A DNA stretch of 64,000 nucleotides from Chiloscyllium plagiosum (GCF_004010195.1 NC_057711.1:77474341-77538340), one strand, 5' to 3'. Counted from the first letter of the stretch, positions 13,058 through 26,300 are shown. Numbers and translations: made by a program. Notes: generated by a model from the letters alone, not told the origin.

Positions 13058-13620
13058 CTAAAGAAATAGAGTATAAAAGTAGGGAAGTGCTCCTGCAACT
13101 GTACAAGGCATTAGTGAGACCACACCTGGAGTATTGCATACACGTTTGGTCCTCTTACATAAGGAGGGATGGATTTGCATTAGGCTGATCATGTGAACTC
13201 TATGGTTCTAGGAAAATAGATTTGAGAAGACATGTTATACCATCATAGAACACAGAGAAAAGTGCAAGAAGATAAAAAAAAGGCCCCTTTAATAGAGGTG
13301 TCAGAGTTTCCCTGTTATCACTGTGATAAAACACATTCTTGTAATTTATATGTCCTTACTCGGATCATTACTTAGAAACTAGTGTGGTCACAGTAAAGAA
13401 TTTAGGAAGTTTAGTGTTGGTGTCTAGAAATGTTGGGCTGGACTAATTTATTCCCTAACCTTAAAATAAGTGATTGCAGTTCTACTCACACAGAAATGAA
13501 AGATTTCCTGAATCACTTTCTCCTGCAGTCTCTTTACATGCTGCTGCTCAGATGACTCGATGTGTGGTACAAATGGAAGGACTGTGCCATTTTTTCCAGA
13601 AAATTACAATTAATGTCGAC

Positions 13621-13821
13621 AAAAAGGTTTCCTCCGGGTGCTCCGGTTTCCTCCCACAATCCAAAAATGTGCAGGTTAGGTGCTAAATTGCCCGTAGTGT
13701 TAGGTGAAGGGGTAAATGTAGGGAATGGGTCTGGGTGGGTTGCACTTCGGCAGGTCGGTGTGTACTCGTTGGGCCGAAGGGCCTGTTTCCACACTGTAAA
13801 TTATCTAATCTAAAAAAAACC
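13621..13821 (+). mobile_element. 5'-truncated V-SINE (HE1-like)
   Basis: V-domain gtttcctccgggtgctccggtttcctcccaca; CR1-like tail; 9-bp TSD aatgtcgac at 13612-13620 and 13822-13830. Confidence 0.9.
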
Positions 13822-14147
13822 AATGTCGACCCCGTTAAGCATATTTCCCTTCAGCCTTTTGTTTACTTAGAAGTGAGCAAGTAGCTTATCCATTCCCCGA
13901 GGCTGGCCTGACAATTAGGTTTGGGCCTTATATCAATGGGTAATTGAAATCTCTCTCCCTGATGTTTAACTGCCAGATTCCAATTTTTATTCTGAGAAAC
14001 ATATTATCAATTTCAGAGACCAAAAATATACTTGTACAACTATAAGGAAAATGACTTGCGTTTTCTGCAAATATGTGTTTGTATATGCATATATGTTATA
14101 TGTTCTGTTCTTTGCAACTGAGCGCTCTACTATTTGGAATTATATAA

Positions 14148-14660
14148 AAACATAAGAACTGGGAGCAGGAGTAGGCAATTCAACACCTTGAGCTTATTCA
14201 GCCAGCTGATGTCATGGCTGATCTCATCTTGGTCTCAACTCTATTTTCTTGCCTGTGCTCCATAACCTTTCAATCCTTTACAAATTAAAAATCTATCTCC
14301 TTAAATGTACTCAATATCCTGACCTCCACTGCACTCTGGGGGAAGTGAATTCAACAGATTCATGACTCTTTGAGAGAAGTAATTTCTCTTCATCTATCTT
14401 TTTAAATCTGCTAAGCCTTATCCTAAAACTATGATCTCTCATTCTGGATTCCACCATATAAGGAAACATCCTTTCTACGTTTACTTTGTCAATCCTCTTG
14501 TCTACCTCAGTTCGATTTCCTCGCGTTCTTCTGAAATCCAAAGAGAATCGGCCTAAACTGCTCAATCTCTCTTCAAAAGCCAAAAAGTCTCATTTCTGGA
14601 ATCAATCTCGTGAACCTCTTTTGAATTACCGCTAATGCAATTTTATCCCTTCTCAAGTAA
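14148..14660 (-). mobile_element. CR1 3' fragment
   Basis: ORF 14311-14583 EERLSSLGRFSLDFRRTRG. Confidence 0.85.
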
Positions 14661-16360
14661 GTATTTGTAAGAGTTTTAACATATAGATACATATAACATT
14701 TTTAAAAATGAAGAGTTAAAATGTTAAGATTACATTTCAACCATGGTTTGTTATAATGTAGATTTTATGAAATAAGAATGTTTCTAAAAGATTGGAATTA
14801 ACTTGAAATTTAATAGTATTTTTCCAACCTTGCATACAGCAAGATTTCCAGACAAATTTGAAAAATAACACTCCGAAGTCAGCCAGATACAAAACCTCTA
14901 CTGTGCCATTATGCCCAATAGTAGACCTTTTAAACCCCATAAGTACTCTATTCCACACAGCACTGTCTTGCCTATTTTCCAATGATAATTCCAATCTCAT
15001 GAGTCTGTTGAAGTATTGTAAAACAATTAGTTATAAAGCAATGATGTATTTGCTGGTAACATTAAATCTAGTTTTTTTAAAATAACGGATACATTTACAA
15101 CTTATTGAGATACTCCACTTATGCAAACATGTTACATTGTCAAGGGTAAATTACAAAAATAATAATAAATTAAACTATTGAGGCAAATGTCTCACAAAAA
15201 GCAACAAACCTTCTACATCGAAAATGCTGAGTGTAAGGGAAAAATGGTAAGTTATCCAGCACATTAGAAAGAGGGCAAGTGTAGAGAAAGTTAAGAAAAT
15301 GATGCACTTAGCAGCAGGAAAAGGAAACCAGTCATTTTTCACAAAAGAGAGGAAATCACAATCAGACTTCACACAGAGAATAACAAAGTCTGAATGGAAC
15401 ACAAATGGCCTGTGACCACATTGCTCTGATCCCCCACTTTAATACAACAAATGCACAAATCCCCAGTGAGCTTTTGTTGTGTAGATTGTCTTTTCACTGC
15501 TTAATACAGGTGTCATCATTTTTATCCTTTTGCTTTCTTCAAACATAAATTTATAGATAATGACACAATAGAAATGTTTTAGATGTTTGACCGCTTCAAG
15601 CTTAATAGAAATGTATATTATATGTCATGCCATCTGAAGCACTAACGAATTCAATTGCTCCAAATACATTTAATTTTGTAAATATCAATGCAAGCACACA
15701 CAGTGTTTCTCTACACTAGTTTCTACCCCCTCTACACTCTCATCTAAGCTGAAGTACATTGCAACCTAAAATAATTTTGTTCGGATACTAGTGAGGCAAA
15801 GTGTTTCAAATCCACTCTGATGGCCTTGCACATTGAGCTTCAAGATCAGATTTGATTGAAGTAATATTTTCTACTTTATGCTGAGCTGTTTTTGATTTAA
15901 TCTTTCCATTCTAAAATGTAAGAATTATAAATAATGTTTAAAGATTTGAATCTTAAAATACTTGTTTCTTGCCTTTGCTGTAAGGATTCACTTAAAATTC
16001 TTGTAATTACTCTGAATCTTACACATTTGTTTTTGAGACACCATTACCAGCCACAAATACACATGTGACAACAAGTCTACGATACTGAGCCAAACTGAAT
16101 ATATTTGTGCCTCAGGTTCATATAAGTTAAAATAGCTAACTACTTACTTATTTGGACAGGCCTTTTGACCACCATATTAATTATATACCTACTTGTATAA
16201 GTATAAACAGAAACACAAACCTGCGAGATAGAACAAGTGAAGAGGATAATGTAAATAAGCAGTATTTTCTTTTCTCGAGCTCAGTGATAAGAATTCTGAG
16301 TAGCATTACAAATTCCACAAAAAATACCTTGTTAACAGGTACAACAAAAAAAATTATGTA

Positions 16361-16632
16361 CAGAACAACCTTGATTATCTGAATGAGACGGGCGGGGAGT
16401 ATTGTGTTCGGACAACCGATCATTCGGACAATCGATCTGATCGTAAACAAGCGGTAATTTATGAGTCCCGGTTATCCGGACATGTCTCGGTTATCCAGCA
16501 ATGCACACCATAATGCCGTATAACTGATAACTGAATGCTGAGTTGCCTAGTGCTGTTTTTACGAACCATGAGATCTTGTTCAGATAATCCAAAATTTGGA
16601 TAACTGATGTTTGGATATCCAAGGTTGTTCTG
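16361..16632. mobile_element. Tc1/mariner Tigger/pogo-type MITE, 272 bp
   Basis: TIRs CAGAACAACCTTG..CAAGGTTGTTCTG flanked by a TA duplication (16359-60 and 16633-34); internal ttatccg/cggata subrepeats. Confidence 0.88.
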
Positions 16633-17332
16633 TAATCTCAGTTGGAACAGTTGCTACCAAGTTTAAATTAAAAACAAAACACTGTAGCAATTGATAATTC
16701 CAAAAGGACAAAATGCAGGCATTCCCCATTCAGTAAACATGCATTAATCAGAAGTTCAAAAGATGAACCTATCAATAACATAGCCACGAGAGCTGGGCAG
16801 AGGCTAGATTTTCTGACAATTGATTCTCCTGATGCCTCTCACCATCTACAGTGATCAGTTTAGAAGTGTGATAGAATATGTACCAATCAAGTGAATGTGC
16901 ACAGCTTCAGCAATGCTCAGGAAGCACAACATAATTGAGGGTAAAACAATTTGTTTAATTACTGCAGGCTTAGTATCCACACCATTCAACTCCTGACACT
17001 GCCTGCGATACATTTGGCATAGTGCAGAAACTTGTAGGAGCCGATGAACAGGATCAGGCCATTAGCTCCTCAAGCATATTGTGTCCTTCAATGAGATAAT
17101 GACTAATTATCAAAAAAACTCTTTTTACTATCACTTCCTCATATCCTTTAATTAGTTAAATTATCGTTGATTAACAAAAATCTATCATTCAGTTTTAAAG
17201 TGATCAATGGATCAACCATCAATTTGAATTTATTGGAGATATAAACTTCTACCTTCACGTATGTGTAGAAATATCTTCTAATTGCCCTCCTGAAAATATT
17301 GGCTCTAATTTTTAAAAATGTCCCTTAATTCT

Positions 17333-17650
17333 AGCAGTATCTGTGGAGAAAATGAGGACTGCAGATGCTGGAGATCAGAGTTGAGAGTGTGGTGCTGGAA
17401 AAGCACAGTCGGTCAGGCAGCATCTGACGAGCGGGAGAATCGATGTTTTGGGTAAAAGCCCTTCATCAAGGGCTCTTGCCTGAAACGTCGATTCTCCTGC
17501 TCCTCAGTTAATGTTGTATGTCCTGTAAAGGGACACAGGACTCAAAATGTTAACTCTGTTTTCTCTCCATAAATACTGCCAGATCTACTGAGTTTCTGCA
17601 GCAATTTGTGTTTGTGCTTGTTTCAGACCTCCTGCACCCCTTGGTCTTTG
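17333..17650. mobile_element. PLE family C copy containing a PLE family A fold-back (about 17345-17505)
   Basis: Family A arms invert at gcccttcatc|aagggctcttgcctgaaacgtcg; family C motif ggactcaaaatgttaactctgttttctctcca follows. Confidence 0.8.
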
Positions 17651-17795
17651 TTCTATTTATCCCTTATTTCTTGATTTCCCAATTAGTCAAGACTTTTTCT
17701 CTCTATTTACCCCATTTGTTTCCCTTAATATCTTGGAATTCTTGATTAAATTAACTCTTAACCTTTTAAATTCTGAGACACAATTGGTATAATCT

Positions 17796-18000
17796 GAAAA
17801 ATGTGTTGCTGGAAATGCGCAGCAGGTCAGGCAGCATCCAAGGAGCAGGAGAATCGACTTTTTTGGCATAAGCCCTTCTTGAGGGCTTATGCCCGAAACG
17901 TCGATTCTCCTGTTCCTTGGATGCTGCCTGATCTGCTGCGCTTTTCCAGCAACACATTTTTCAGCTCTAATCTCCAGCATCTGCAGTCCTCACTTTCTCC
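17796..18000 (+). mobile_element. PLE family A fold-back copy
   Basis: 17-bp TSD cacaattggtataatct at 17779-17795 and 18001-18017; inverted arms of about 80 bp centred near 17880. Confidence 0.93.
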
Positions 18001-18680
18001 CACAATTGGTATAATCTCTTCTTCAACTTTGACCTTTGAAGTTCAAGTATTAGTCCCATAAATCTGTGCAGTGCATTCCAACAAGATCAGTGTATTCTTT
18101 CAAAGGTTTGATGCCTAGAAAAGTACTCACAGGGCTTCAAATGTGTTTGAACAGGATTTAGCATAGCTGTAATATTTTTCTACCTCATTGTGTTCTATTC
18201 ATCTAAACCTAAAGACTAGTATTCAATTAGCTTTCTTATTCTCTATACCTGTCTATGACAATTTAATGGTCTATGTATGAGGACTTCCAAGTATCTTCAG
18301 ACCTTCACATTCAAAGATTTTCATCATTTTGAAATCTTAGAATTAAAAAATGACAAATCAAACTGGTTGATTTCACATTTGCTGACATTGGAATTTATTT
18401 TTGACCATGCATTTATTCTATAACTACCTCTGCAATTTAAATCCTTCATATTTACTGCCTACAAATGTGACCTTTCTTTGTGTTTCAAGCAAATTTGGTT
18501 AAAATTGAAAAGAGAGCCAAGTTGACAAAGCTTTTCATCTTGCAAACATCAATACAAATGCATGAATACCAAACTTTGAGTGATCACAGTGAGAAAAGAG
18601 TGCTGATTGGCTGGCAGAATTCTGATTGACAGAGATATTGGAGAAAGCAACAAAGAACTATTGTCATGACATGTCCTTGG

Positions 18681-18995
18681 GGACCATGATGTGGAGGTGC
18701 TGGTGTTGGACTGGGGTGGACAAAGTTTAAAATCACATGACTACAGGTTATAGTCCAACAGATATATTTGAAAGTGCAAACTATCAGGTAGCTAGTTGGG
18801 CAGGATCACAGGACACAGAATTTATATGTAAAAGATCAAAGCATCAGTTGTATTACATTTTCATCTTTTTCTTATAAATTCTGTGCCCTATAATCCTGCC
18901 CCACTGGCTACCTGACAAAGGAGCAGCACTCTGAAAGCTTGTACTTTCATATAAACCTGTTGGACTATAATCTGGTCTCTTGTGCTTTTTAACTT
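18681..18995. mobile_element. PLE family B fold-back copy (inverted pseudo-LTR pair)
   Basis: 9-bp TSD tgtccttgg at 18672-18680 and 18996-19004; the arms are imperfect reverse complements; decayed hammerhead cctgacaaaggagcagcactctgaaagctt. Confidence 0.87.
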
Positions 18996-19659
18996 TGTCC
19001 TTGGAAAGTCAATGAACCAAGAATCTGGATAAGCTTGAACATTAGCCCCTGAATGTTTTGATATAAAAATAACCAGCAACACAGCTTTATGCTTTAAATG
19101 TGATAAAAGGTTAATTTACTACACAATTATTGCTGAAAGTTATTTAAATAAACAAGTTACAGTTATTCGCGAAAATACAACTACAAAAATTTAAACTAAG
19201 TAAGGATAAATTTGTACATGAAATTGGAGGTGAGATCAGTTCCTACTACTATAAGCTTAGCTTGTTTGAATGTTCTCTTTCTAAATTGAAGAAATTTAAA
19301 ACTTGAAGTCAGATTCAGCAGCAGCAATGACTTCTGTAGTTGAATAGTTAGAGCTTGCTCCCACAGGTCCTGAAAGTGAGAGAGGTTTCTCTTTTTCACT
19401 TCTATGACATTGTGTAGTGAATCAGTCGAGCAGTTCTGGATATTGCCATGTATCTCCCTGTTGATATCTAGATCAGTGTCTTTATACTAATATATATAGA
19501 CAAAAGGCTACAATTCAGCGATCAAATCAGGTTTTCACATTAGTTATTAGGGGAGTACAGGTCTGGAGCACAGGCATGTCATTGACATTTCCTCATTGCA
19601 TTTCACTTGCTATCTGTGTCAACCATTAGCTTGAATAGCTTTCATTCAGTCAGATACTA

Positions 19660-19835
19660 AAATAAAACAAAAAACTACAGATGCTGTAAATCTAATGCAA
19701 AAACAGAAACTGCTGGAGAAATTCAGCAGATCTGGCAGCATCTGTGGAGAGAAAACAGTTAATGTTTCAAGTTCAGTTCTGAAGAAGAGTCACAGATTGT
19801 TGACTTTCTCCAGCAATTTCTGATTTTGTTTTATT
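19660..19835. mobile_element. PLE family C fold-back copy
   Basis: aaactgctggagaaa..tttctccagcaattt inverted; central gttctgaagaagagtcac hammerhead remnant. Confidence 0.75.
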
Positions 19836-19967
19836 CTGCTAAATTTTTGGTGACACAGAAAGAGCAATTCACAGCCCCAGCGAAGCTATTGTCAATGACT
19901 TACTGTTTACTCTTGGAAATGTGAAGTGAATTTTAAAAGATCTCATGTTTCTTCTTCAGATAAATAA

Positions 19968-20400
19968 AATTAGAATTAGATTTTATTATCATGTGTACAG
20001 GAGCACATGAATATAGTGAAAAGTGTACAATGTTGCCATTCCTGCCACCACCTTAGGTACAAAGGTACCTAGGTACAAAATCTTAAGTACAAAGTAGAAA
20101 AGTTATTAGTTAAACCTTATAGCTCCTCTTAGTAAAAAATAGGAAAATAAAGAAACAAAATTAAAAGGTCAGCAGTCTTTTTTAAGTGCTTAGCTATGCT
20201 AAGCTCGTACTCCCTATAAGGGGTCAAGCTGCTCCGCTTTGGCCCACTCTCCGGGAAACCTCAGGCTGCTTACTCTCGTCCCTGCAGCAGATGCTGGGGG
20301 ACCTCCCTCATTGTCTCTTTGAGCTCGCTCTTCCTGCATTGGGTCTGATCTCTGACTGCCAAGTCCCTGGTCTGGGCACCCCAGCCACTGCCACGATCTG
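19968..20400 (-). mobile_element. Non-coding GC-rich retroelement with a Rex1/Babar-like 3' tail
   Basis: Minus strand reads tgtacacttttcacta..gtacacatgataataaaa(tctaat)n; same tail at 43555-43615. Confidence 0.5.
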
Positions 20401-21899
20401 GACACAATGAAGATGTCTGTGTCATTTCTGATTTGCCTTTTAGAGAAGACAAATCAAAATAACTTGTCATGTTTGCCAGCAAGGGCAGATATGTTATTGT
20501 GGTATGGTAATGTGCTATACCAATGTCACACCTTCAGCATATGGCAGCAGTTTATATGGCACACACAGTGAATGGGTTTCAACCAGGTCTCAAAGTGGTC
20601 CTTAGTCAAGTCAAGGCAGACTGTAATCAGTCAGGGAGTTCTGCTCCACTCAATATATAGTATCATACAATTTCAGTCCAAGGGCTTGGACACAATTGGT
20701 TGGGTTGCTTGGACTGTTCAGAGTCAGGAGTGTATTTCATTTAGTGCAGGGAGCTGGTCTTAGCCAGTCCTGCAGGTTTGGTCCAACTAGTCAGGTTATT
20801 AACTGTAAGTCAGTTGGGGAGCTGCACAAATATCAGAAATGGGTTCTGATTAGTCATCAGTTAGGCTGTTATTCCAAGTCAGTCAGAGAAGGTAGAACAC
20901 AGATAGTCAAGGGGTCTGGTCACAGAGGATGTTCTGCTGTCCTGGCAATTAGGGAAGTCATTTGTAGATTGGAGGCAGCATGCAAGTATGCAGATGGGAT
21001 AACAGTTGTAAATGGGCAACGCAATGTATAAAGGAGGAAACAATAGAGTTTAGGGGAGAAAGGAGGTACTGTGTGGGGATGCTGTGTGGGAGGATATGGG
21101 GGTCATCAACAGTAATGGCCCCTGGGCCTTTGATGGGGGAGCAGTGCATAACCATGTTTGGCTTAATAAAGGTGTATGCCTAGGCTCAGGGGGTAAAGTG
21201 GGGATTAATAAAGGAGGCGAATGGGATTAATCTGGGATTTAAATCAGACAGTACAAGTGAAAGACGCCTTTATCATGCAATCCTGGTTGTGGGTTGTCAG
21301 GTGCTCTCTTGTGGTACTGTGATAGTGTCCCTACCTTTGAATCAGGAGGCCTAGGCTCAAAACCCATGTGCTCTAGTGGCATGTAGTAAAATGTCCTTGA
21401 TCTGAATTTATTTTATTTTAAATATCCTGGATATGAACTTCATGCATTGATCAACAATAGCTACAAGCAACCTTGACCAATCATTCAACATTATAAATTA
21501 ATACTAATAATGGCTGTTAAGAAGAAGTAATATTCAATCTAAGTTCCACAATTCACAAATATATGCCAAGATCTTTTAGCCTGTCTAAGGTCCAGCAGCT
21601 GCTAGCCACACACTTTAGACTTCATAATGTGTGCAGCAACTCTCCAACATGCCTTTCTTGATTAATATGAGAGGAGAGGGGAGAGATTATTGCTACACAA
21701 GTACAATCACCTACTCTACATTTACCAAATGACTTGTGCAGCAAGTAGCTGAATCAGGTCTACAATATTAAAACTTCACGTAGAGACTTTACATTGCCCT
21801 CCTTGTCAGATGCCTCCATGTCCCAACATTAGGAGAACAATGTTTAAATGTCATTTATGTTTGCTGCAACTAATGAATGAGGAGGTGCCTTGTTTCTGA

Positions 21900-22450
21900 T
21901 ATTCCCAAAGTAGATGCATAGAAATTATCTCCCTTGGCACAGACGCTGTTATCATCTCTGATGTGACTGCACAAAGAGCAACAACTTATGATGAACATGT
22001 GTCTAGTACCCCACAATTGGCAATATGGACTTTCTAGCCAGGTTTCTATGCCTTTACAATGAGGTAAAATGTGGGAGACCCACAATTACTTATTTTCCAT
22101 GGAGCATCATGTAATGAGAGTCAATGGTGCTCTACTTTATACAGAGATGTCATCAGAGTGCCATGCCACAAAGTAATAAATAATACAAAAACATTTTCAA
22201 CTGGAACCAATGAGAGCCATAAGATATCTCCTCAACATGAAACTTCCATCCTTGCCATGTCTGTCATTCATTGCAGAGGACACCACTTAATCCTTGGATG
22301 TTTTGCTCTGGACAACTGTAGGATACAATAAGGGTATGTGATGAATGATAAGGATCTGTGAGTATTGCAGCATTGCATTGAGTCAGTCAATTAGGCCATT
22401 CATCAAAAAGAGCAACAGTATTACCATCCTACAGTGTAGCATTGTCAACC
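21900..22450 (-). pseudogene. Possible highly decayed Harbinger transposase C-terminus
   Basis: TLMTSL and FIISCCSLCS weakly resemble WLMTP and IIVACCALHN. Confidence 0.35.
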
Positions 22451-22539
22451 ACGGTAAGCAAGACAAGATTTGTTTGGCAATTGCTTTCAATTGAACCAGT
22501 TTGGTGAAGCCATCTTTCACTGACATAAAATGTTTTCAT

Positions 22540-23150
22540 GCTTTAGAAACCAGCAGTACCTGTTTCATCCCAATTTTATATTCTGTTCCTCTTGGAATAA
22601 AAGGTGAAATTCTGTTGGCCATATTCATCAATTTATATGATTCATGTATTAGAGGTGAAATTCTGTTGGCCTTATTCATCAATTTATGCAACTCATGCAC
22701 TAGAACAGCTAGATCCCTTTGCACCTCAGAATTCTGCGGTCATTCTCTATTTAGGTGATTCTCTTTTTTATATTCTACCCGCAAAATGAACAATTGCACA
22801 TTTTCACATATTAGACTTTTGCCCATTCACTCATCTGCATATCCATCTGCAACTTCATTTTGTAATCTTCACAACATACATATCTTTGTGTCATTTGCAA
22901 ATTCAGATACCATACCTGTACTCCCCTCATCTACGTCATTGATGCGAATTGTTAAAAATTGAGGCCCGAGAACAGACACCCGAGGAACCCTACTCATCAT
23001 ATCCTGCCATTCAGAAAACAACCCATTTATGCATACTGTCAGTTTCCAGTCAGCCAGCCAATCCTCTATCCATGCCAGCATATTAAACCCTACAACATAT
23101 GTTTCTACTTTGTGTAATAACATTTTATGAGGCATCTTGTCAACTGGTTC
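22540..23150 (-). mobile_element. CR1 RT fragment
   Basis: ORF 22869-23237 DKMPHKMLLHK..WIEDWL..VPRVSVLGPQF..SEFANDTKI. Confidence 0.88.
22602..22703. repeat. 51-bp tandem duplication within the CR1 fragment
   Basis: aggtgaaattctgttggcc..tag units start at 22602 and 22653. Confidence 0.92.
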
Positions 23151-23187
23151 TAGAAAAAGGGATACAAAGAGTTCTACAATTGAACAT

Positions 23188-23305
23188 ACCAGACTCAAAA
23201 TGTTAAACCTTTTTTCTCTCTCCACAGATGATACCACAGCTACTAAGTTTCTTCAGCATTCCATGTTTGTTTCAGATTTCCAGTATCCACAATATTTTGC
23301 CTTTA
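23188..23305 (+). mobile_element. Short PLE family C copy
   Basis: gactcaaaatgttaaac..tctctccacagatg..gtttcagatttccag. Confidence 0.7.
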
Positions 23306-23309
23306 TAAA

Positions 23310-26300
23310 AGTAAGGTGTTATGCTTCAATTATATAGAAAATTGGTGAGATCACCTGTGCGCTGGTTTGGTCTCCCAATTTAAGGAAGGAAGTAAATAGA
23401 TTGGATGTGATTCAGAGATTTCTCAATTAATTCCTGGAATTGGCAGTTTGTCTTTTGAGACAAGTTAGGACAAGCTGGATTAGTTTTCATGTTTGTTTAG
23501 GAGACAGAGTGGTGATTTGTTTAAAGTCCAGTAGTGAGATCCTGAATGATCTTGACAAGACAGATGTGAATGTGGTCAGTTGAGTACAAGGTGAGAGTTT
23601 TTAAAGTTAAGACTCTCCATTTTAGGACAAGGATGAGGCAAAGTCATTCTTTCAGGGTTGTGCAACATCAGAACTCTCTTCCTCAGAAATAGTGGTGGAG
23701 GCAGAGTAATTGAATATTCTTAAGATGGGGTAAATAGATTTTTGTTTGGCAATGGAATCAAAGGTTATCAGGAATAGATGGAAATATGGAATTTTAAACA
23801 TCAAACAGGTCAACCTTGAGTGAATTGAATGCCACAACAGGGTCAAGGGGCCAAATGTCATTCTTCTGCTCTGAACATAAAATATAAAAGACAACTTAGC
23901 TTTTTGTATAAAATATGTAATAGTATAAATGTACATTTATAACACTGTAGATTCTCTAAGCTCCTGCTCAGTTCAAAAACATACAAGGCTTGAATACATT
24001 ATTTATCTTGCAGAGAATGTGTTCCTGCATATGAATATATGCTGCTTCTACTAAGCATAAATGTGACATGTTACAAATTTGCCTAATTATCTTAATTTGG
24101 TAGTAGTGTTGCTATTGACATCCTCAGGATTGTTCAGCAAATGTGGACTAATCATGGAATTACAGTTAATAGTAGAAATTTTGTTTTATGTTTTGCAAGT
24201 GCAGGCTGATTGAATATGGTCTGTACTCTTCCTGTTATGAATAACCTTCTGAAGAAATATGATTTTGATGCAATTAACCCATCACTGGAGCATACAGTTT
24301 ATGCACCTGGCATTTCAATTCATTATGAGAGTCATTAATAAATACGGTGGATCACTGAGTCATAACACAGGACTTTGCAGGAAGAAAATGAAACACTGTA
24401 AGTTAATGTACAGGTACCGCAAACCATTTAGAAGTTAAACATCATTTTTGCTTTAATTAGAAGAGGATTGGACAATAAGAAAAAAAGGTGTTAGCTTATG
24501 CACTTCGTCAGGAAGAATATATGATCTTATTGTCATTTAAATGAAGAAAGATTGCAGAAAGCATCAACACAGGAGGAATTTGTGGGCCATCATTCATAAA
24601 TCACAAAGGCTAGCTTCCAAGTACAGCAGGTAAGAGGGAATGAAAATGGAATGTTGATCTCTATTTCAAAAAGAATGGAGTATAAAATTTGGGACTTCTT
24701 TCTAAAACTCTACAAGTCATACTTATAACATAGAACAAAGAACTATACAACAAAGGAACCGGCCCTTCAGCCTACAATGTTGTGCCAAACATGATGCCAA
24801 ATTAAACTAATCCCTGCTACATGCCCTTTGTCCGTATCCCTCCATTTCTTGCATATTCATGTGCTTATCTAAAAGTCTCTAAAATGCCCTATTGTATCTG
24901 CCTCCATCATCACCTCAGGTGTGCGTTCCCAACTCCCACCACTCTTGCCCTTCATATCTCCAAATATCTCTACTTAGACAGCACTTGGAATACTGTCTAC
25001 AGTTTTGGTCCCCTTGTGGAAGGAAAGATATATTGGCATTGAAGGCAATCCAAAGAAGGTTCACTAGATTGAATTCAGTTATGGAGGGTATTGTTTATGT
25101 GCAGAGGTTGAGTAGGTTGGGCCTTGTACTGCTTTTTTTAGAGGTTTAGAAGAATGAAAGGTGATATTATTGGAACTTATAAGATTCTTAATAGGCTTGA
25201 CAGAGTCAATGCTGAGAGGTTGTTCCCCTTGTGGAAGAATCTAGGGCTAGTGACACAATCTCAGAGTATGGGGGTCGCCCAATTAAGACAGAGATGGGGA
25301 AGAATTTCTTCTCTCAGAGAGTAGTGAATCTGTGGAAATCTTTACTGCAGAAGGACTGGAAAATGTCAGGTCATTAAGTCTACTCAAGGCTGGGACAGAA
25401 AGATTTTAAATCAGTGAAGCAATCAAGGAATATGTGGGAAAAGCAGGAAAGTAGAATTGAGGACAATTGGATCAGCCATGATCTCACTGAATGGCTCAAT
25501 AGGCAAAATAGCCAACTGCTAACACTATGTCTTAAGATCTAAGTCTTGCTTCTCTTATGCAGGATTTTAGTGGGATCACACGTACAATACTGTATGCACT
25601 TTTGGATTCTATATTTAGGAAGGATATGCTTATTTTGGAGGTAGTACTGTGAAAGTCTGCTAGATTAGTTACTGAAAGTGAACACTTTCTGAAAAGATGG
25701 ATAATTTGATTTGATATTCTCTAGAGTGTAAAAGACTGAGAGGTGATATAATTTGAAACATATAAAATTTCAAGTGACTTGACAGCATAGATAATGAGAG
25801 GTTGTTAGCACTTGCTGGGGAATCTAAAACATAGGGTATTGTTTCCGCAGAAGGAGATGATCATTTATGCTGAGATGAAAATTTCTTCGCTTGAACAATT
25901 GTGAATCTTTGGAATTTTCTACCCCAGAGTGTTGTGGAAGCTGCATTGTTGAATGCATTAAAGACTGGAATAGATGGCTTTTTGATCCCTCAGGAAATCA
26001 AGGATATGGGGAATGAGTGGTGAAAGAGAAGTTGTAGTGCACAATTAGCCATGATCATATTGAATAATGGGCCAGGGTCACCAGACTGTACGGTCAACTC
26101 CTGCTCCTATTTCTTCTGTTCTTGTGTCACCTGTTATATTCTCATCTTGTTCCTTTAAAACATTGTGATGGGAAGTATCTAGTCTGCTAGAGATCACTTT
26201 AATGACATCCCAACATTCTCACCCAGAGAGTGATGGAGATATGAAATGCACTAACCTCGACAGCAGTTGAGGTAGGAAACCTCACAACTTTTAAAAAATA

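Larger units (their letters stand above)
17030..18480 (-). mobile_element. Old CR1 fragment hosting nested PLE insertions
   Basis: Degenerate CR1 tail and ORF2 sequence around the inserts. Confidence 0.6.

Noticed and set aside
18662..19856. Possible solo LTR (TGTCA..TGACA) hosting two PLE inserts
   Set aside because: Only the terminal pentamers support it; no TSD or second copy in the window
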